From NCBI GenBank assembly GCA_000146465.1, contig CP001951.1: a stretch of DNA of 64,000 bases. One strand, given 5' to 3'. The translations under genes and the position numbers were made by a program. Below the pieces are notes generated by a model. It made no database searches, was not told the origin of the DNA, and saw only the letters and a list, made by a program, of their open reading frames with translations. Of this stretch, positions 28,461 through 38,961 are shown one piece after another; the first letter of the stretch is position 1, and each line of letters opens with the position of its first letter.

Positions 28461-29894
28461 ATGCTTGAGAACATAAGGATAGAGCCGAAGATGAGCTACA
28501 GGAAGATAGTGGGGGTCAATGGGCCTCTTGTGATAATGGACAACATCGGGTTTCTAAAGTATGCAGAGATAGTCAGTCTGACGCTTCCTGATGGAAGTGT
28601 TAGGCAGGGACAGGTTCTGGAGGTGTGTGGAAAGAAGGCTGTGGTCCAGGTGTTTGAGGGGACGTCTGGAATAGACATCAAGGAGACACAGGTTACATTT
28701 ACAGGAGAAACATTGAAGATGGGGATTTCGGAAGACGTGCTGGGAAGGATATTCAACGGGAGCGGAAAGGTCATTGACGGAGGCCCGAACATCATTGCCG
28801 AAGACTACTTCGACATCCAGGGACAGCCCTTGAATCCATACTCCAGGATATATCCCGAGGAGATGATCCAGACTGGAATATCATCGATTGATGTGATGAA
28901 CTCGATTGCCAGGGGACAGAAGATTCCTATATTCAGTGCATCGGGGCTTCCCCACAACGAAATAGCTGCACAGATATGCAGGCAGGCAGGGCTTGTGAAG
29001 AGAAAGGACTCGATAGATAGTAGTGACGACAACTTTGCAATAGTTTTTGCAGCAATGGGGGTGAATGTAGAGACTGCAAATTTCTTCCGGAACAGCTTCG
29101 AAGCATCTGGATCGATTGGGAGGACAGCATTGTTCCTGAATCTGGCCAACGACCCCACCATCGAAAGGATCATCACGCCACGACTGGCGTTGACGGCAGC
29201 AGAATATCTTGCATATGAGAAAGAGAAGCATGTTCTTGTGATCATGACAGACATGAGTTCGTATGCAGATGCGTTGCGTGAGGTTAGTGCTGCAAGGGAA
29301 GAGGTTCCAGGAAGAAGAGGATATCCAGGATACATGTATACAGACCTTAGCACGATATACGAGAGAGCAGGGAGGCTGGAGGGAAGAAACGGATCTATCA
29401 CCCAGATCCCGATTCTAACAATGCCAAATGACGACATAACGCATCCGATTCCAGATCTCACGGGATACATCACCGAAGGACAGATTTACGTTGACAGGCA
29501 GATGCACAACAGACAGATCTATCCACCCATAAATGTGCTTCCATCATTGTCTAGGCTGATGAAAAGCGCAATTGGGGAAGGGATGACGAGAAAGGACCAT
29601 GGAGATGTGTCGAACCAACTTTATGCAAAGTATGCAATAGGCAAGGATGCCCAGGCCATGAAAGCTGTTGTGGGTGAGGATTCTCTTTCTTTGGAGGACA
29701 AGATCTCGATAGAGTTTTTGGAAAGGTTTGAGAAGGAGTTTATAAGCCAGAGACATAACGAGCTTAGGACAGTGAACCAGTCCCTGGACATTGCATGGGA
29801 TCTCCTTCGAACGTTTCCACGAGAAATGCTTAATAGAATCCCATCGGACATATTGGATGAGTTCCATTCTGTGGCGCCCTCGAGATCGGAGTAG
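28461..29894 (+). CDS. VMA2: V-type H+-ATPase subunit B
   Basis: [43 protein letters not shown]; high-confidence family match along the full length. Confidence 0.9.
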   Translation: MLENIRIEPKMSYRKIVGVNGPLVIMDNIGFLKYAEIVSLTLPDGSVRQGQVLEVCGKKAVVQVFEGTSGIDIKETQVTFTGETLKMGISEDVLGRIFNGSGKVIDGGPNIIAEDYFDIQGQPLNPYSRIYPEEMIQTGISSIDVMNSIARGQKIPIFSASGLPHNEIAAQICRQAGLVKRKDSIDSSDDNFAIVFAAMGVNVETANFFRNSFEASGSIGRTALFLNLANDPTIERIITPRLALTAAEYLAYEKEKHVLVIMTDMSSYADALREVSAAREEVPGRRGYPGYMYTDLSTIYERAGRLEGRNGSITQIPILTMPNDDITHPIPDLTGYITEGQIYVDRQMHNRQIYPPINVLPSLSRLMKSAIGEGMTRKDHGDVSNQLYAKYAIGKDAQAMKAVVGEDSLSLEDKISIEFLERFEKEFISQRHNELRTVNQSLDIAWDLLRTFPREMLNRIPSDILDEFHSVAPSRSE

Positions 29895-29963
29895 ATCCAC
29901 GTTCTTGTTTCCGGGGATGGATAACTCGGAAGAGGGGAAAAAGGCGATTTCCAGCAAACCCCG

Positions 29964-30128
29964 ATGAACGGAATGGGCACAGACCAGAAAGTCTTTACAT
30001 ATGTATGCATACAGTGTCCCTCGCTGAGGGAGCTGAAACTGAAGGATCCCATCAGATGCACGGAATGCGGCAACAGGGTTCTCCGCAAGAAGAGGACAGA
30101 CAATGTGGTGCAGCTGGATGCCGTCTAG
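29964..30128 (+). CDS. RPB12: DNA-directed RNA polymerases I/II/III subunit RPABC4 (Rpb12/ABC10alpha), 54 aa
   Basis: Below the 60-aa cutoff of the ORF track. Zinc-ribbon YVCIQCPSLRELKLKDPIRCTECGNRVLRKKRTDNVVQLDA matches the Rpb12 consensus. aaaccccgATG lies upstream. Confidence 0.7.
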   Translation: MNGMGTDQKVFTYVCIQCPSLRELKLKDPIRCTECGNRVLRKKRTDNVVQLDAV

Positions 30129-30204
30129 TTTACTCAATAAATATGTTCTCTGTCAGTACGACTCTTATAATAGTCTTTATAAAAAAGTGTGTTGGAAACC
30201 CCAA

Positions 30205-30564
30205 ATGGAAGAGGGAAGGAAAAGAAAGGCAAAGGACCAATTGTCGCCATATTCCAATCCGGTTGAGGAGAGTGACCAGCATAGTGGTGTTGTAGAGCCT
30301 CTTCCATTGATTCACAAGAAGAGGGCCAAGGCAAGGGTTGGGGATTCATCAATGATTGCAAACTCCGAATCTCTGAAAGGGGTGCTGAGTTCTGTGAATA
30401 TCCTAAAGCCGAGGGGAGGAGGCAACGATAGAATAAGCGGTCTGAACAGATGCTTTGTCAATGCTGTGCAGAAGGTGGTTGAGAAGGAATCCAACAAGAG
30501 TCTTTTGTATTTATTTAGGCAATACGAGAAGTATTACAGGGAGTTGACGGAATCGAATGATTGA
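30205..30564 (+). CDS. hypothetical basic protein (119 aa)
   Basis: ATG at 30205 preceded by gaaaccccaaATG. The track ORF 30103.. starts upstream at a non-ATG and overlaps the RPABC4 3' end. Confidence 0.3.
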   Translation: MEEGRKRKAKDQLSPYSNPVEESDQHSGVVEPLPLIHKKRAKARVGDSSMIANSESLKGVLSSVNILKPRGGGNDRISGLNRCFVNAVQKVVEKESNKSLLYLFRQYEKYYRELTESND

Positions 30565-30622
30565 ATTCCAAGTTGAATAAATGACGATATTATTTAAGAA
30601 GTTGTAAACAGATAGATTTTTG

Positions 30623-32134
30623 ATGAGAAATGTGTGTTTGGTGGTGATAGACGGATGGGGGCATTTGGAATCAAGGACGCAGGGGAATGCTGTGTCGGAG
30701 TCGGAGTGCCGTTGGATGAGGGCTTTAAGCTGGGGACGTTGCAGTCTTCTTCTGCATGCCCATGGTAGATATGTGGGGCTCCCTGACGGGTTAATGGGGA
30801 ATTCCGAGGTAGGGCATCTAACTATAGGGAGCGGGAGGATTATCGAGCAGGACATACTAAGGATAGATCGAGCCATTGAGGAGGGAAGGCTGAAGAAAAT
30901 AGTGGATGAAGTGCTCCAGGGAGGCCGAGGTAGAATACATGTGGTGGGGATGGTTAGCGACGGAGGAGTCCACTCACACATAAGACATCTGAAGGGGATT
31001 TTGGAGTCTCTGAAAGGACGTAACGAAGAAGTGTTTATCCATTGTATAAGTGATGGGAGAGATACAGAGCCACAGGTGTTTTTAAAGTATCTTGAAGAAA
31101 TTAAGAATTTCTGCCGGGATATTGGCACAGGAAAGATTGCTTCTGTGGCCGGGAGGTTTTACTCAATGGACAGAGCAAACAACGAGGAAAGAACAGAGCT
31201 TAGCTTCAAGACAATGACAAGTGGGAAGGAGATAGGAGAAGATGCCGAGGATTATGTCCTTGGAATGTACAAGGAAGGTCTGGGAGATGAGACCCTTAGG
31301 CCTTTTCTTGTTGATAAGGCCGGAAGGATAAGTAGAGAAGATACCATCATCTTCTTCAACTTCAGAGCAGACAGGATGAGACAAATTGCTTCTAGGTTTG
31401 CCAAGAACGGAAACAACATAGTGACAATGACCGAGTACAAGAAAAATCTTAAGTCCAAGGTTCTCTTCGGGAAGGTCTGTGCGAAGAACACCTTGGCAGA
31501 GGTTTTGTCAGACCGCGGAATAAGACATACACACATAGCAGAAAAGGAGAAGGAGGCACATGTGACATACTTCTTCAACGGGGGTAGGGAGCAGCCATTT
31601 CTCTGGCAAAAGACGATAATACTTCCCAGCCCAGACGTTGAATCTTTCGACACAGTACCATCAATGGCCTCGAAGGAAGTGACAGAGTATGTGATTGCAG
31701 AGATTAGAGACGGAGTACCGATGGTAATTGCCAACCTTGCACCCCCCGACATGGTAGGACATACAGGAAACCTTGAGGCAACAAAGATGGCTGTTGAGGC
31801 AGTGGATGGATGCATAGGGACAATATACAGAGCCTGCATAGAGAACAAATATACTCTAATCGTAACTGCAGACCATGGAAATGCCGAAAGAATGACGGAT
31901 GGAAGAGGAAACTGCTGCAAAACCCATACAACAAGTAAGGTTCCTCTAATAGTCTGTGGAGAAGAAGTGGGAGAATTCTCTTCCTCATGGGGATACACAG
32001 ACACCGACTACTCGTTGAGAGACATAGCCCCGACTGTATTAGAAATAATGGGAATTCCCAAACCAGATGAAATGACTGGGAGGTCGGTGTTGGGAGCCTT
32101 CGGCCACACCCTTCCAGCAAGAGATAATCAGTAA
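30623..32134 (+). CDS. 2,3-bisphosphoglycerate-independent phosphoglycerate mutase (iPGM)
   Basis: VCLVVIDGWGH, SDGGVHSH, ISDGRDT, ADHGNAE metal-binding motifs. Track start 30620 is TTG; ATG at 30623. Confidence 0.85.
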   Translation: MRNVCLVVIDGWGHLESRTQGNAVSESECRWMRALSWGRCSLLLHAHGRYVGLPDGLMGNSEVGHLTIGSGRIIEQDILRIDRAIEEGRLKKIVDEVLQGGRGRIHVVGMVSDGGVHSHIRHLKGILESLKGRNEEVFIHCISDGRDTEPQVFLKYLEEIKNFCRDIGTGKIASVAGRFYSMDRANNEERTELSFKTMTSGKEIGEDAEDYVLGMYKEGLGDETLRPFLVDKAGRISREDTIIFFNFRADRMRQIASRFAKNGNNIVTMTEYKKNLKSKVLFGKVCAKNTLAEVLSDRGIRHTHIAEKEKEAHVTYFFNGGREQPFLWQKTIILPSPDVESFDTVPSMASKEVTEYVIAEIRDGVPMVIANLAPPDMVGHTGNLEATKMAVEAVDGCIGTIYRACIENKYTLIVTADHGNAERMTDGRGNCCKTHTTSKVPLIVCGEEVGEFSSSWGYTDTDYSLRDIAPTVLEIMGIPKPDEMTGRSVLGAFGHTLPARDNQ

Positions 32135-32165
32135 AAACTAGTTTTCGTTGGAAGAAATCCTTTAA

Positions 32166-32471
32166 TCAGAACATTCCAAAGTCGATTTCAACTTCTTCCT
32201 CCTCAGGCTCTTCCTTCTTTCCTGCGTCCCCAGGGACATCAGCTGAAGCCTTGGCCTCCACAGGGGCTGCTGCCTCCTGGGTACTACTCATCAACAGAGT
32301 CTTAATCTCAAGTGCGTCCATTTCAAAAAACTCACTGATCTTCGGATGGCTTTCCAGTCCAAAGAACTTGAACACAGAGTCAATCTTCTCTTTGGTCACT
32401 TGCTGGTTAGTTGCATATATAAGCAATGCTGCTAGCGGGTACATATCGTTTATCATGTTTTCTTGTGTCAT
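32166..32471 (-). CDS. RPP2: 60S acidic ribosomal protein P2-like (stalk protein)
   Basis: YPLAALLIYATNQ N-terminus, Ala-rich hinge, acidic tail ending EEEEVEIDFGMF. Confidence 0.7.
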   Translation of the reverse strand: MTQENMINDMYPLAALLIYATNQQVTKEKIDSVFKFFGLESHPKISEFFEMDALEIKTLLMSSTQEAAAPVEAKASADVPGDAGKKEEPEEEEVEIDFGMF

Positions 32472-32615
32472 TCTACTTTAAGCAATTTAACGATATCGGG
32501 CCCAAAGTTTGGTAGCCCTTCTGTTGCTTTTGCTTTTATACTTTTCCCTGAAAATTTTGCTTTTCAAGGCAGCCAGGCATTGGAAGGATCCTGTCCACAC
32601 CCATAAATCCCTTGG

Positions 32616-33875
32616 ATGGACTTTGACAGCCAGATCTTTAGGAAGCTGAGCAGAAGGTACAGCACCAAGTCGGACATAAGGATGGTGCGCCGGCCAAGGA
32701 TATCAAACTTCTATCTCAAAAAAGGCGACAAGTACGAATATGTGGCCTACAGACTTACTTCGATGAAGCCATACTTCCTGGAGCTTCTCGGCATAGAAGA
32801 CTTTTCGCCTGTGAATAGCATTTCAAGCACCTCTTTTTACACATATGGCATCATCATGAATCCGTTTGGACACAAGTTGGACTCCCAAAACACATTTATT
32901 GCATCGAACATTGATGGAAGCAACGATGTGGTTGTGAAGTTGAATCTATCGCATCTAAGGAGATATTCTGTGTTCCCTGGGCAGATTGTTGCCGTTAAGG
33001 GAAAGAATATTACGGGAGGCGAGATAACAGTGGAAACTCTTCATTGCATACCCGTTGTGGATATCAATGAGGAGAAGGATGGCAAGGAAGAAAAGCATAA
33101 CCAACCGTCTATTGTTGCATTCTCGGGCCCCTACGGATTTGCATCTGAGTTTGATGTTCTCGACAGGATCCTTATGGAAGAAGCTGATGTGTTGATACTG
33201 GTTGGGCCATTTATAAGTTCGGCCCACGGAAGTGAAGACCATTCTCCAGCCTCGATGATGGAGAAAGAGTTCGTTCCAAGGATCAGGCGATGGCTGAATG
33301 AAAGACCAGGAAGTAAAGTTGTTCTTGTGCCGTCTGTCAACGACATAACATGTCTGGGTGTGTTTCCTCAGGGCCCAATAGACATTGATGAGGAAAGAAT
33401 TGTATGTACAAGTAATCCCTGCGAGTTCTTTTTAAACGAGTTCCTGGTGTGTGTTTCTTCTCTGGACACACCTCTTGAGATAAGCTCGGAAGAGTGTTTC
33501 CATGACTCAGGCCTGGAGTCGGAGGATGATGCCTGTGGAAATCTTCTTTTTGGAGGAGATAGGCTGAAAAGGATAGCATATCATCTTATCTTCCAAAGAA
33601 CTTTTCTTCCGGTCTTTCCGTCTCGGAATGTTGTTTCGTATTCTGTGCCAGAGAATATGTCCATGGACACGGCGCCAGACATATACATTGTTGTGTCCAG
33701 GCTGAAGCATTTCTCCAGAGATGTAGGCCCTTCTGTGGTGGTCAATCTGGGACTGCAGACAGGGAAGACAGAGAAAGTGGCATGCCATATAAGACTTCCT
33801 GAGGCAGAGGAGCCGAAGAAGTTTTCTGTGGAATTTGTAGATTTGGAGATCTCCATGCCTAGAGAAAATAAATAA
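32616..33875 (+). CDS. DNA polymerase alpha/delta/epsilon regulatory subunit B family (OB fold + inactive phosphoesterase domain)
   Basis: ILVGPFISSAHG and LVPSVNDI..FPQGP motifs typical of the Pol B-subunit phosphodiesterase-like fold. The polymerase it partners with is not resolved. Confidence 0.5.
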   Translation: MDFDSQIFRKLSRRYSTKSDIRMVRRPRISNFYLKKGDKYEYVAYRLTSMKPYFLELLGIEDFSPVNSISSTSFYTYGIIMNPFGHKLDSQNTFIASNIDGSNDVVVKLNLSHLRRYSVFPGQIVAVKGKNITGGEITVETLHCIPVVDINEEKDGKEEKHNQPSIVAFSGPYGFASEFDVLDRILMEEADVLILVGPFISSAHGSEDHSPASMMEKEFVPRIRRWLNERPGSKVVLVPSVNDITCLGVFPQGPIDIDEERIVCTSNPCEFFLNEFLVCVSSLDTPLEISSEECFHDSGLESEDDACGNLLFGGDRLKRIAYHLIFQRTFLPVFPSRNVVSYSVPENMSMDTAPDIYIVVSRLKHFSRDVGPSVVVNLGLQTGKTEKVACHIRLPEAEEPKKFSVEFVDLEISMPRENK

Positions 33876-33885
33876 GACTCGGCCC

Positions 33886-34446
33886 ATGGGATCCATGCAG
33901 ACGCATTTTGAGGTTTTTGACAAGATGCTTGAAGAGATCCAACAGCTGCGTCTAGACGCCATCTACTTTACAAAATCGACATCCAGAACAGAGGGGAAAA
34001 TAGAAAAGCTGAGAGGAAAGTGCAAGAGATATAAGGAGAAGTTTGTACGGAAGCCGTCGGAAAGGTATTTCAAAAAGATCGAGAAATTTTATCGAGCAAT
34101 AAAGAAACATCTAGTGAATAATAGGAGGTGTGAAGATGCGTTCCAAGAAGTCATCCATGAGCTTAAGAAGAAATGCGAGGACCTTTGCTCGAGATCCGGG
34201 GTGTCCTTTGACCTGGAATGCCCAGAAATACCAGATGTAAACTGCGTTGTGAACCTGGGAGAGATGGGAAGCAACGAGCAACTATACTGCAAGTGCAAAA
34301 GACCTGCATTCAAAAATATGATAGCATGCGATTCCTTGGACTGCAAGGGGAGATGGTTCCATTTTGAGTGTGTTGGAATTTCAACTGTTCCAAAAACACT
34401 TTGGATATGCCCGGAATGCAGAAAAGCTGGAACGCTGACTAGGTAA
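33886..34446 (+). CDS. ING-family PHD-finger protein (Yng/ING histone H3K4me3 reader)
   Basis: C-terminal PHD: LYCKCKRPAFKNMIACDSLDCKGRWFHFECVGISTVPKTLWICPECRK. N-terminal ING coiled coil. Confidence 0.7.
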   Translation: MGSMQTHFEVFDKMLEEIQQLRLDAIYFTKSTSRTEGKIEKLRGKCKRYKEKFVRKPSERYFKKIEKFYRAIKKHLVNNRRCEDAFQEVIHELKKKCEDLCSRSGVSFDLECPEIPDVNCVVNLGEMGSNEQLYCKCKRPAFKNMIACDSLDCKGRWFHFECVGISTVPKTLWICPECRKAGTLTR

Positions 34447-34498
34447 GCGGAGTTGATACAATAAAAGATTGTTTAGTTGTCTAGGTATCGGGAAGAGA

Positions 34499-35131
34499 TT
34501 ACATTGCCATGAGCACCAGCATGATTATTACCAGAAAGGTAAGTATTTTCTGTGTGTCAGGATCGTTTGCAGTAGGTGGTCTCCTCCGATGATCGAATCT
34601 CCTGTACATTTGGGAATATAAATATTCGTAAAAATCGTTAGAGTAAACAAAGGACTCTTGATATCCTTGGGAGTGGAATGCATTGAAGAAGACATTTGGC
34701 ATGACGTCTTCGGGAGTAGAGAATCTGGGGCTGGCTCTGAATGTGGGAGCCTCTCTGGCCATGTCATATTTCCTTCTCTTTTCTGGATTTCCAAGTGTTG
34801 AGTATGCATTCTGGATGATTCCGGAAACAGCACTAGACTCATCCATGCCAGTCTTATCGGGATGAAACTTCATGATTAAAGTGTTGAAGGCTCTTTTTAT
34901 TTCTGCCTGGGTAGCATTCTTGGGCACTCCCAGAATGTCATAGTAGTCCTCGGACTTTTTCTTAAGAAATGCCTCGATATCCTTGTGGAGAGAAAGAGTC
35001 CTTGTTGCCTTCTCCATCTCTCTCTTGTCCTCGGGGGATCCTGTGAGCTCGTACTGCTTCTTGGCATTTTCCAAGTATCCCGAATAATCCTTCCTGCTTA
35101 AGCATGATCTGGCAGCCTCGGAATAGTCCAT
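34499..35131 (-). CDS. tail-anchored J-domain co-chaperone (Hlj1/DNAJB12-like)
   Basis: J domain DYYDILGVPKNATQAEIKRAFNTLIMKFHPDK with HPD; C-terminal TM LTFLVIIMLVLMAM. Confidence 0.75.
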   Translation of the reverse strand: MDYSEAARSCLSRKDYSGYLENAKKQYELTGSPEDKREMEKATRTLSLHKDIEAFLKKKSEDYYDILGVPKNATQAEIKRAFNTLIMKFHPDKTGMDESSAVSGIIQNAYSTLGNPEKRRKYDMAREAPTFRASPRFSTPEDVMPNVFFNAFHSQGYQESFVYSNDFYEYLYSQMYRRFDHRRRPPTANDPDTQKILTFLVIIMLVLMAM

Positions 35132-35309
35132 GGAGGGGTCCTTGATGCAGAGATACTTGTTGAATTTGAAGGAATATATCCAGAGTGGTGAGAGAATGGG
35201 AAGAGAGATGGAAGAGAATGGAAAGGAAGGAGTAACAATCTGAAGGATCTGAGGAGAGAATAGATTCTAGAAAAAAAGAAAAAATTTTACCCTTCAAGAG
35301 GAGTAGTCC

Positions 35310-36797
35310 ATGGAGATAGACGAAAGCAAGAGAGCAAGCAGTGATTCATTAACAATATATGTAGGAGATCTCTCGCCCAAGACCCTTGACTCGGATCTTT
35401 TTAGGATCTTCTCAAATGTGGGAAAGGTTTTGAATGTCAAGCTGATTAAGAGGGGAGAGCCTGTTTCATCCTTTGCATTTGTGACATTTGAAAACGAGGA
35501 GGAGGCAGAGAGGGCAATCAGGGAGTATAAGCACTATGAACTGCATAATAGACAGATAAGGGTAATGAGGAAGGACGAAAGACCCCCGGAGACAGGGAAC
35601 ATCTTTGTCAAGAATCTTCCTGAGAACTTTACGAGCAAGGACCTTGATGATGCGTTTTCGATGTTTGGAGAGATTACCAGCTGCAAGGTTGCAACAACAT
35701 CGCATGGAAAGTCGAAGGGATATGGGTTTGTTCAGTTTAAGGAGAAGAAGGCAGCGAAGAAGGTGATCAAGAACTTCAACAACCTCAATGGGCTTATGCT
35801 TGGAGAAAACAAGATTGTTGTGGAGCTGTATAACCCGGAGATGAAGAAGGGAGAGAACAAGAAGACACCGACGATGTTTACAAACTGTTTTATTAAGAAT
35901 TTTCCTGTTGATGTTGAGGAAGAGAATCTTCGAGAGCTTCTTGAGAAGTACGGGAAGGTGACGTCCTTGTTCTTCCCGACGAAGGAGGATGGAAAACCAA
36001 AAGGATTTGCATTTGCTAATTTTGAGAGCCATGAGTGTGCTCTGAATGCTATCAAGAATCTCCATGAGACATTTCCCTTCGGGGACGGCGAGAGTGGGGA
36101 GCCGTTCTACATCCAGAAAGGGCAAAGAAAAGAAGAGAGGGCAGAGGAACTCCGAAAGACGTTTGAGCAGCTGAGCATGCAGGGGCAGAGCTACAAGAAG
36201 AATCTCTACATAACAAACATTCCCGAGGGCTTTGGGGCTGAGGAGCTTAATAACATATTCAGAGAGTTTGGAAACATCACATCTATGTCTGTGGGGACTG
36301 ACGGAGCCAACAGCCAGAAGCAGTATGCCTATGTGTGCTACTCGACGCCGGAGGAGGCCAGCATAGCTGTGGAAAGAGGGAATGAGATATATCTTGATGG
36401 AAACAGGCTTCAGGTTGCATACTTCAAGAATAAGCTGGAAAGAATGAAAGAGAAAGAATTTGGAAGCATTGGATACAAGCCGAATATCCCATACATGTAT
36501 AACCAGGGGGTTAATTTTGTACCCAATGGATTCAAGCGTGAAAGAAACCGAGGAGGATCTGCAAAGGGATACAGCAGCGAACTCGAAAAGCTACATGGTC
36601 TTGTGCTTGCAGAAGCACCATCTTTCAAGAGCCAATGGAAGAGCTTCGGGGTGAACAACGAGGCCGAGTTTACCAGCAAGGTTACAAGGGCCTTTCGTAA
36701 CAAATCCGAAGAAGAAATCAAGGATATGATCGACCTGGACTTTGTGCTTGCAAAAAGCATAGCAGCGGTTATTGAGAACGACAACTCTAGCGACTAA
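35310..36797 (+). CDS. PAB1: polyadenylate-binding protein (four RRMs)
   Basis: Four RNP-1/RNP-2 pairs (IYVGDL..KGYGFVQF etc.). Confidence 0.85.
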   Translation: MEIDESKRASSDSLTIYVGDLSPKTLDSDLFRIFSNVGKVLNVKLIKRGEPVSSFAFVTFENEEEAERAIREYKHYELHNRQIRVMRKDERPPETGNIFVKNLPENFTSKDLDDAFSMFGEITSCKVATTSHGKSKGYGFVQFKEKKAAKKVIKNFNNLNGLMLGENKIVVELYNPEMKKGENKKTPTMFTNCFIKNFPVDVEEENLRELLEKYGKVTSLFFPTKEDGKPKGFAFANFESHECALNAIKNLHETFPFGDGESGEPFYIQKGQRKEERAEELRKTFEQLSMQGQSYKKNLYITNIPEGFGAEELNNIFREFGNITSMSVGTDGANSQKQYAYVCYSTPEEASIAVERGNEIYLDGNRLQVAYFKNKLERMKEKEFGSIGYKPNIPYMYNQGVNFVPNGFKRERNRGGSAKGYSSELEKLHGLVLAEAPSFKSQWKSFGVNNEAEFTSKVTRAFRNKSEEEIKDMIDLDFVLAKSIAAVIENDNSSD

Positions 36798-36883
36798 GTT
36801 CTACTATAAACATTAAAGCCTTTTTAACTTTGAACTTGAATGTGTTCGCACCTCAGGAGAGTCTGGGAGGAGGCGAGAGACAA

Positions 36884-36954
36884 GGGGGATTATCTTAGTG
36901 GTAGAGGATTTGCTTCGCATGTGAATTGCCCGGGTTCGATTCCCGGATCCTCCA
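36884..36954 (+). tRNA. tRNA-Ala (anticodon CGC)
   Basis: Cloverleaf folded by hand. Anticodon loop UUCGCAU. G3:U70 Ala identity pair; discriminator A; B-box GGTTCGATTCC. T5 Pol III terminator 5 nt downstream (36960..36964). Confidence 0.85.
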
Positions 36955-36959
36955 TTCCA

Positions 36960-36964
36960 TTTTT
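36960..36964 (+). terminator. Pol III oligo-T terminator of tRNA-Ala
   Basis: TTTTT begins 5 nt after the tRNA 3' end. Confidence 0.5.
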
Positions 36965-37004
36965 CAAAGAGCAATAATTTCAACAGACTTTAGTCCCGAG
37001 TTCG

Positions 37005-38075
37005 ATGCTGTTTTCAAAGGAGACTCTCAAGTCTTTTGCACAATCAAAGGGGATTTCCAACATTGACGACGACGCACTGAGGGTTTTGTCCCAGGATCTG
37101 GAGTATAGAATCAAGGAGGTGTGCCAGGAAGGAAGCAAATTCATGGTTGGCTCAAAGAGGACAAAGCTGTCGATCGATGACATCAACTATGCTCTAATCA
37201 GCAGGAATGTAGATCCACTGTTTGGATATGATCCTCAGGAGAGCCTTGTTTTCCGCGGTCTTCCCTCGAATGTATACTATGTTCCTGACGAGGAGATTGA
37301 TCTTGAGGAGTATCTTGACAGGCCTCTTCCCAAGATTCCTCTTCGGCCGTCGATTCAATCTCACTGGCTAGCCATTGAAGGAGTGCAGCCCCAGATTCCC
37401 TACAACCCGATACTTCTTGAAAAGCCAGTTGCAAAGAAGGACACACTAGGAACATACCAAGAGGAGGCCGAGCTGAAGTCCCAGAATAGGCATATGCTCA
37501 CAAAGGAGCTGAGCATGTATTTTGACAAGGTTATCCAGGCCATGGAAACCGACGAAGAGATAGCAATGGAGTGCCTGCACAACGAAAGTGGGATCCAGCA
37601 GCTTGTTCCATATTTCATTCACCATTTCAATGAGCAGATAGTGAAGAACATAAAAAACAAAGAAAAGCTCATGACGGTTATGATGGTTTATAACTCTCTG
37701 CTAAGGAACAAGTACATCTTCATCGATCCGTATCTCCACCAGATCCTCCCCTCACTTATAACATGTGTGATTGGGAAAAGCGTTGACGACGAGGTCAGGA
37801 GAGTGGCCGCAGATGTTGTCAAGTATGTTTTTAGTAACTTTTCCAGTTCCTACAAGACACTTGCGCCAAGGATCATTAACACCCTCAGCAAGGCATGGCT
37901 GGACAAGGAGAAGACAGAGTCCACGCAGTATGGGGCTTTGCTCTGCCTAAGCCTCCTGTCAAAACATGTTGTAGAGACTGTTGTAAAGCCTAAGGCCGAC
38001 TACTATGTTAAGGAAATCAACAATCCACGGGTTACGGAGCTTCTGGATGACATTCTGAAAAAGAACGATATTTAA
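37005..38075 (+). CDS. TAF6: TFIID subunit TAF6 (H4-like histone fold + HEAT repeats)
   Basis: N-terminal histone fold FAQSKGISNIDDDALRVLSQDLEYRIKEVCQEGSKFMVGSKRTKLSIDDINYALISRNVDPLFGY. Confidence 0.7.
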   Translation: MLFSKETLKSFAQSKGISNIDDDALRVLSQDLEYRIKEVCQEGSKFMVGSKRTKLSIDDINYALISRNVDPLFGYDPQESLVFRGLPSNVYYVPDEEIDLEEYLDRPLPKIPLRPSIQSHWLAIEGVQPQIPYNPILLEKPVAKKDTLGTYQEEAELKSQNRHMLTKELSMYFDKVIQAMETDEEIAMECLHNESGIQQLVPYFIHHFNEQIVKNIKNKEKLMTVMMVYNSLLRNKYIFIDPYLHQILPSLITCVIGKSVDDEVRRVAADVVKYVFSNFSSSYKTLAPRIINTLSKAWLDKEKTESTQYGALLCLSLLSKHVVETVVKPKADYYVKEINNPRVTELLDDILKKNDI

Positions 38076-38099
38076 TGTCTGGACTGGCCTGGAAAGCCT

Positions 38100-38867
38100 T
38101 CAGTCCAAGCTACCCAGCTCCTTTGCTACTTCCTTTTTCTCGGCGGAGGACATGCAGACTGTAATCTCCGAGCCGTTTCTAACCTTTAGGAGGCCATGGT
38201 CAATAAACTCACTGATCATCGAAAGAACAGATGTCTTCGATGTGAGAAACAATTTTCTCTTTATTCTCTCAAACAACTCTCCAAGGCCTACAACATCTGA
38301 ATTGTACAGCAGGATTTCCTTGAGCACGAGTCTGGAGTTCCTTGGAACATTTCTAACCACCTTGGACGAAGCCTCTGCTCTTGTTTCTCTGAAATGGATG
38401 CCAGCTATTTCTTCTTCATATGGCTCGAAGGTGGTGAGATCTCTGAAGATAAAGTTGAACTTCTCGGCGTCTTCAAAACTGAACTTTATGTTGATCTCTT
38501 CAATAGTTCCCAGAATCGCAAAGTTCCTCAGACCCGAGAAGTCTGTCATACTGAAGTCGAAGTTTGCCATGACAATCTTGTACTTTTCCTTTCTAAACCC
38601 TATTGCCTCGTCTATGTCCTTTATTGTCGATACTTTTGAGATGCTTTGAGCTGCAGACCTCGACCTGCGTCTAACGGCATCCATGATTTCCAAAAGAATC
38701 TCATGCCGACTCATGGCTCTGCAGTTGAGGTGAATTGCCGAAGGAAACATTTTCCTCAGCAACGGCATCTTCGAGCCATATCCATAGAACAAGATGTTGA
38801 ACGACTTTGCTAATGCATTGAGTTCCTTCTTGCAGTTGAAATGGAAGTCGCTGAGATCCGAGCTCAT
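38100..38867 (-). CDS. ORC2: origin recognition complex subunit 2-like
   Basis: ORC2 signature NILFYGYGSKMPLLRKMF and downstream conserved block. Confidence 0.5.
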   Translation of the reverse strand: MSSDLSDFHFNCKKELNALAKSFNILFYGYGSKMPLLRKMFPSAIHLNCRAMSRHEILLEIMDAVRRRSRSAAQSISKVSTIKDIDEAIGFRKEKYKIVMANFDFSMTDFSGLRNFAILGTIEEINIKFSFEDAEKFNFIFRDLTTFEPYEEEIAGIHFRETRAEASSKVVRNVPRNSRLVLKEILLYNSDVVGLGELFERIKRKLFLTSKTSVLSMISEFIDHGLLKVRNGSEITVCMSSAEKKEVAKELGSLD

Positions 38868-38961
38868 CTGGACGGGTGTTGTGAAGGAGCAGATAATCTA
38901 CTTTTTGCCCAGGGTAGTTAGGCTCTCATCGAGAGATATCATAATCCCAAACCGATAGCCC

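Noticed and set aside
34536-34565. AAG|GTAAGTATTTTCTGTGTGTCAG on the plus strand, a perfect-looking short intron
   Set aside because: There is no plus-strand gene here. It is the antisense of the DnaJ C-terminal TM coding sequence (QKILTFL), so coincidental.
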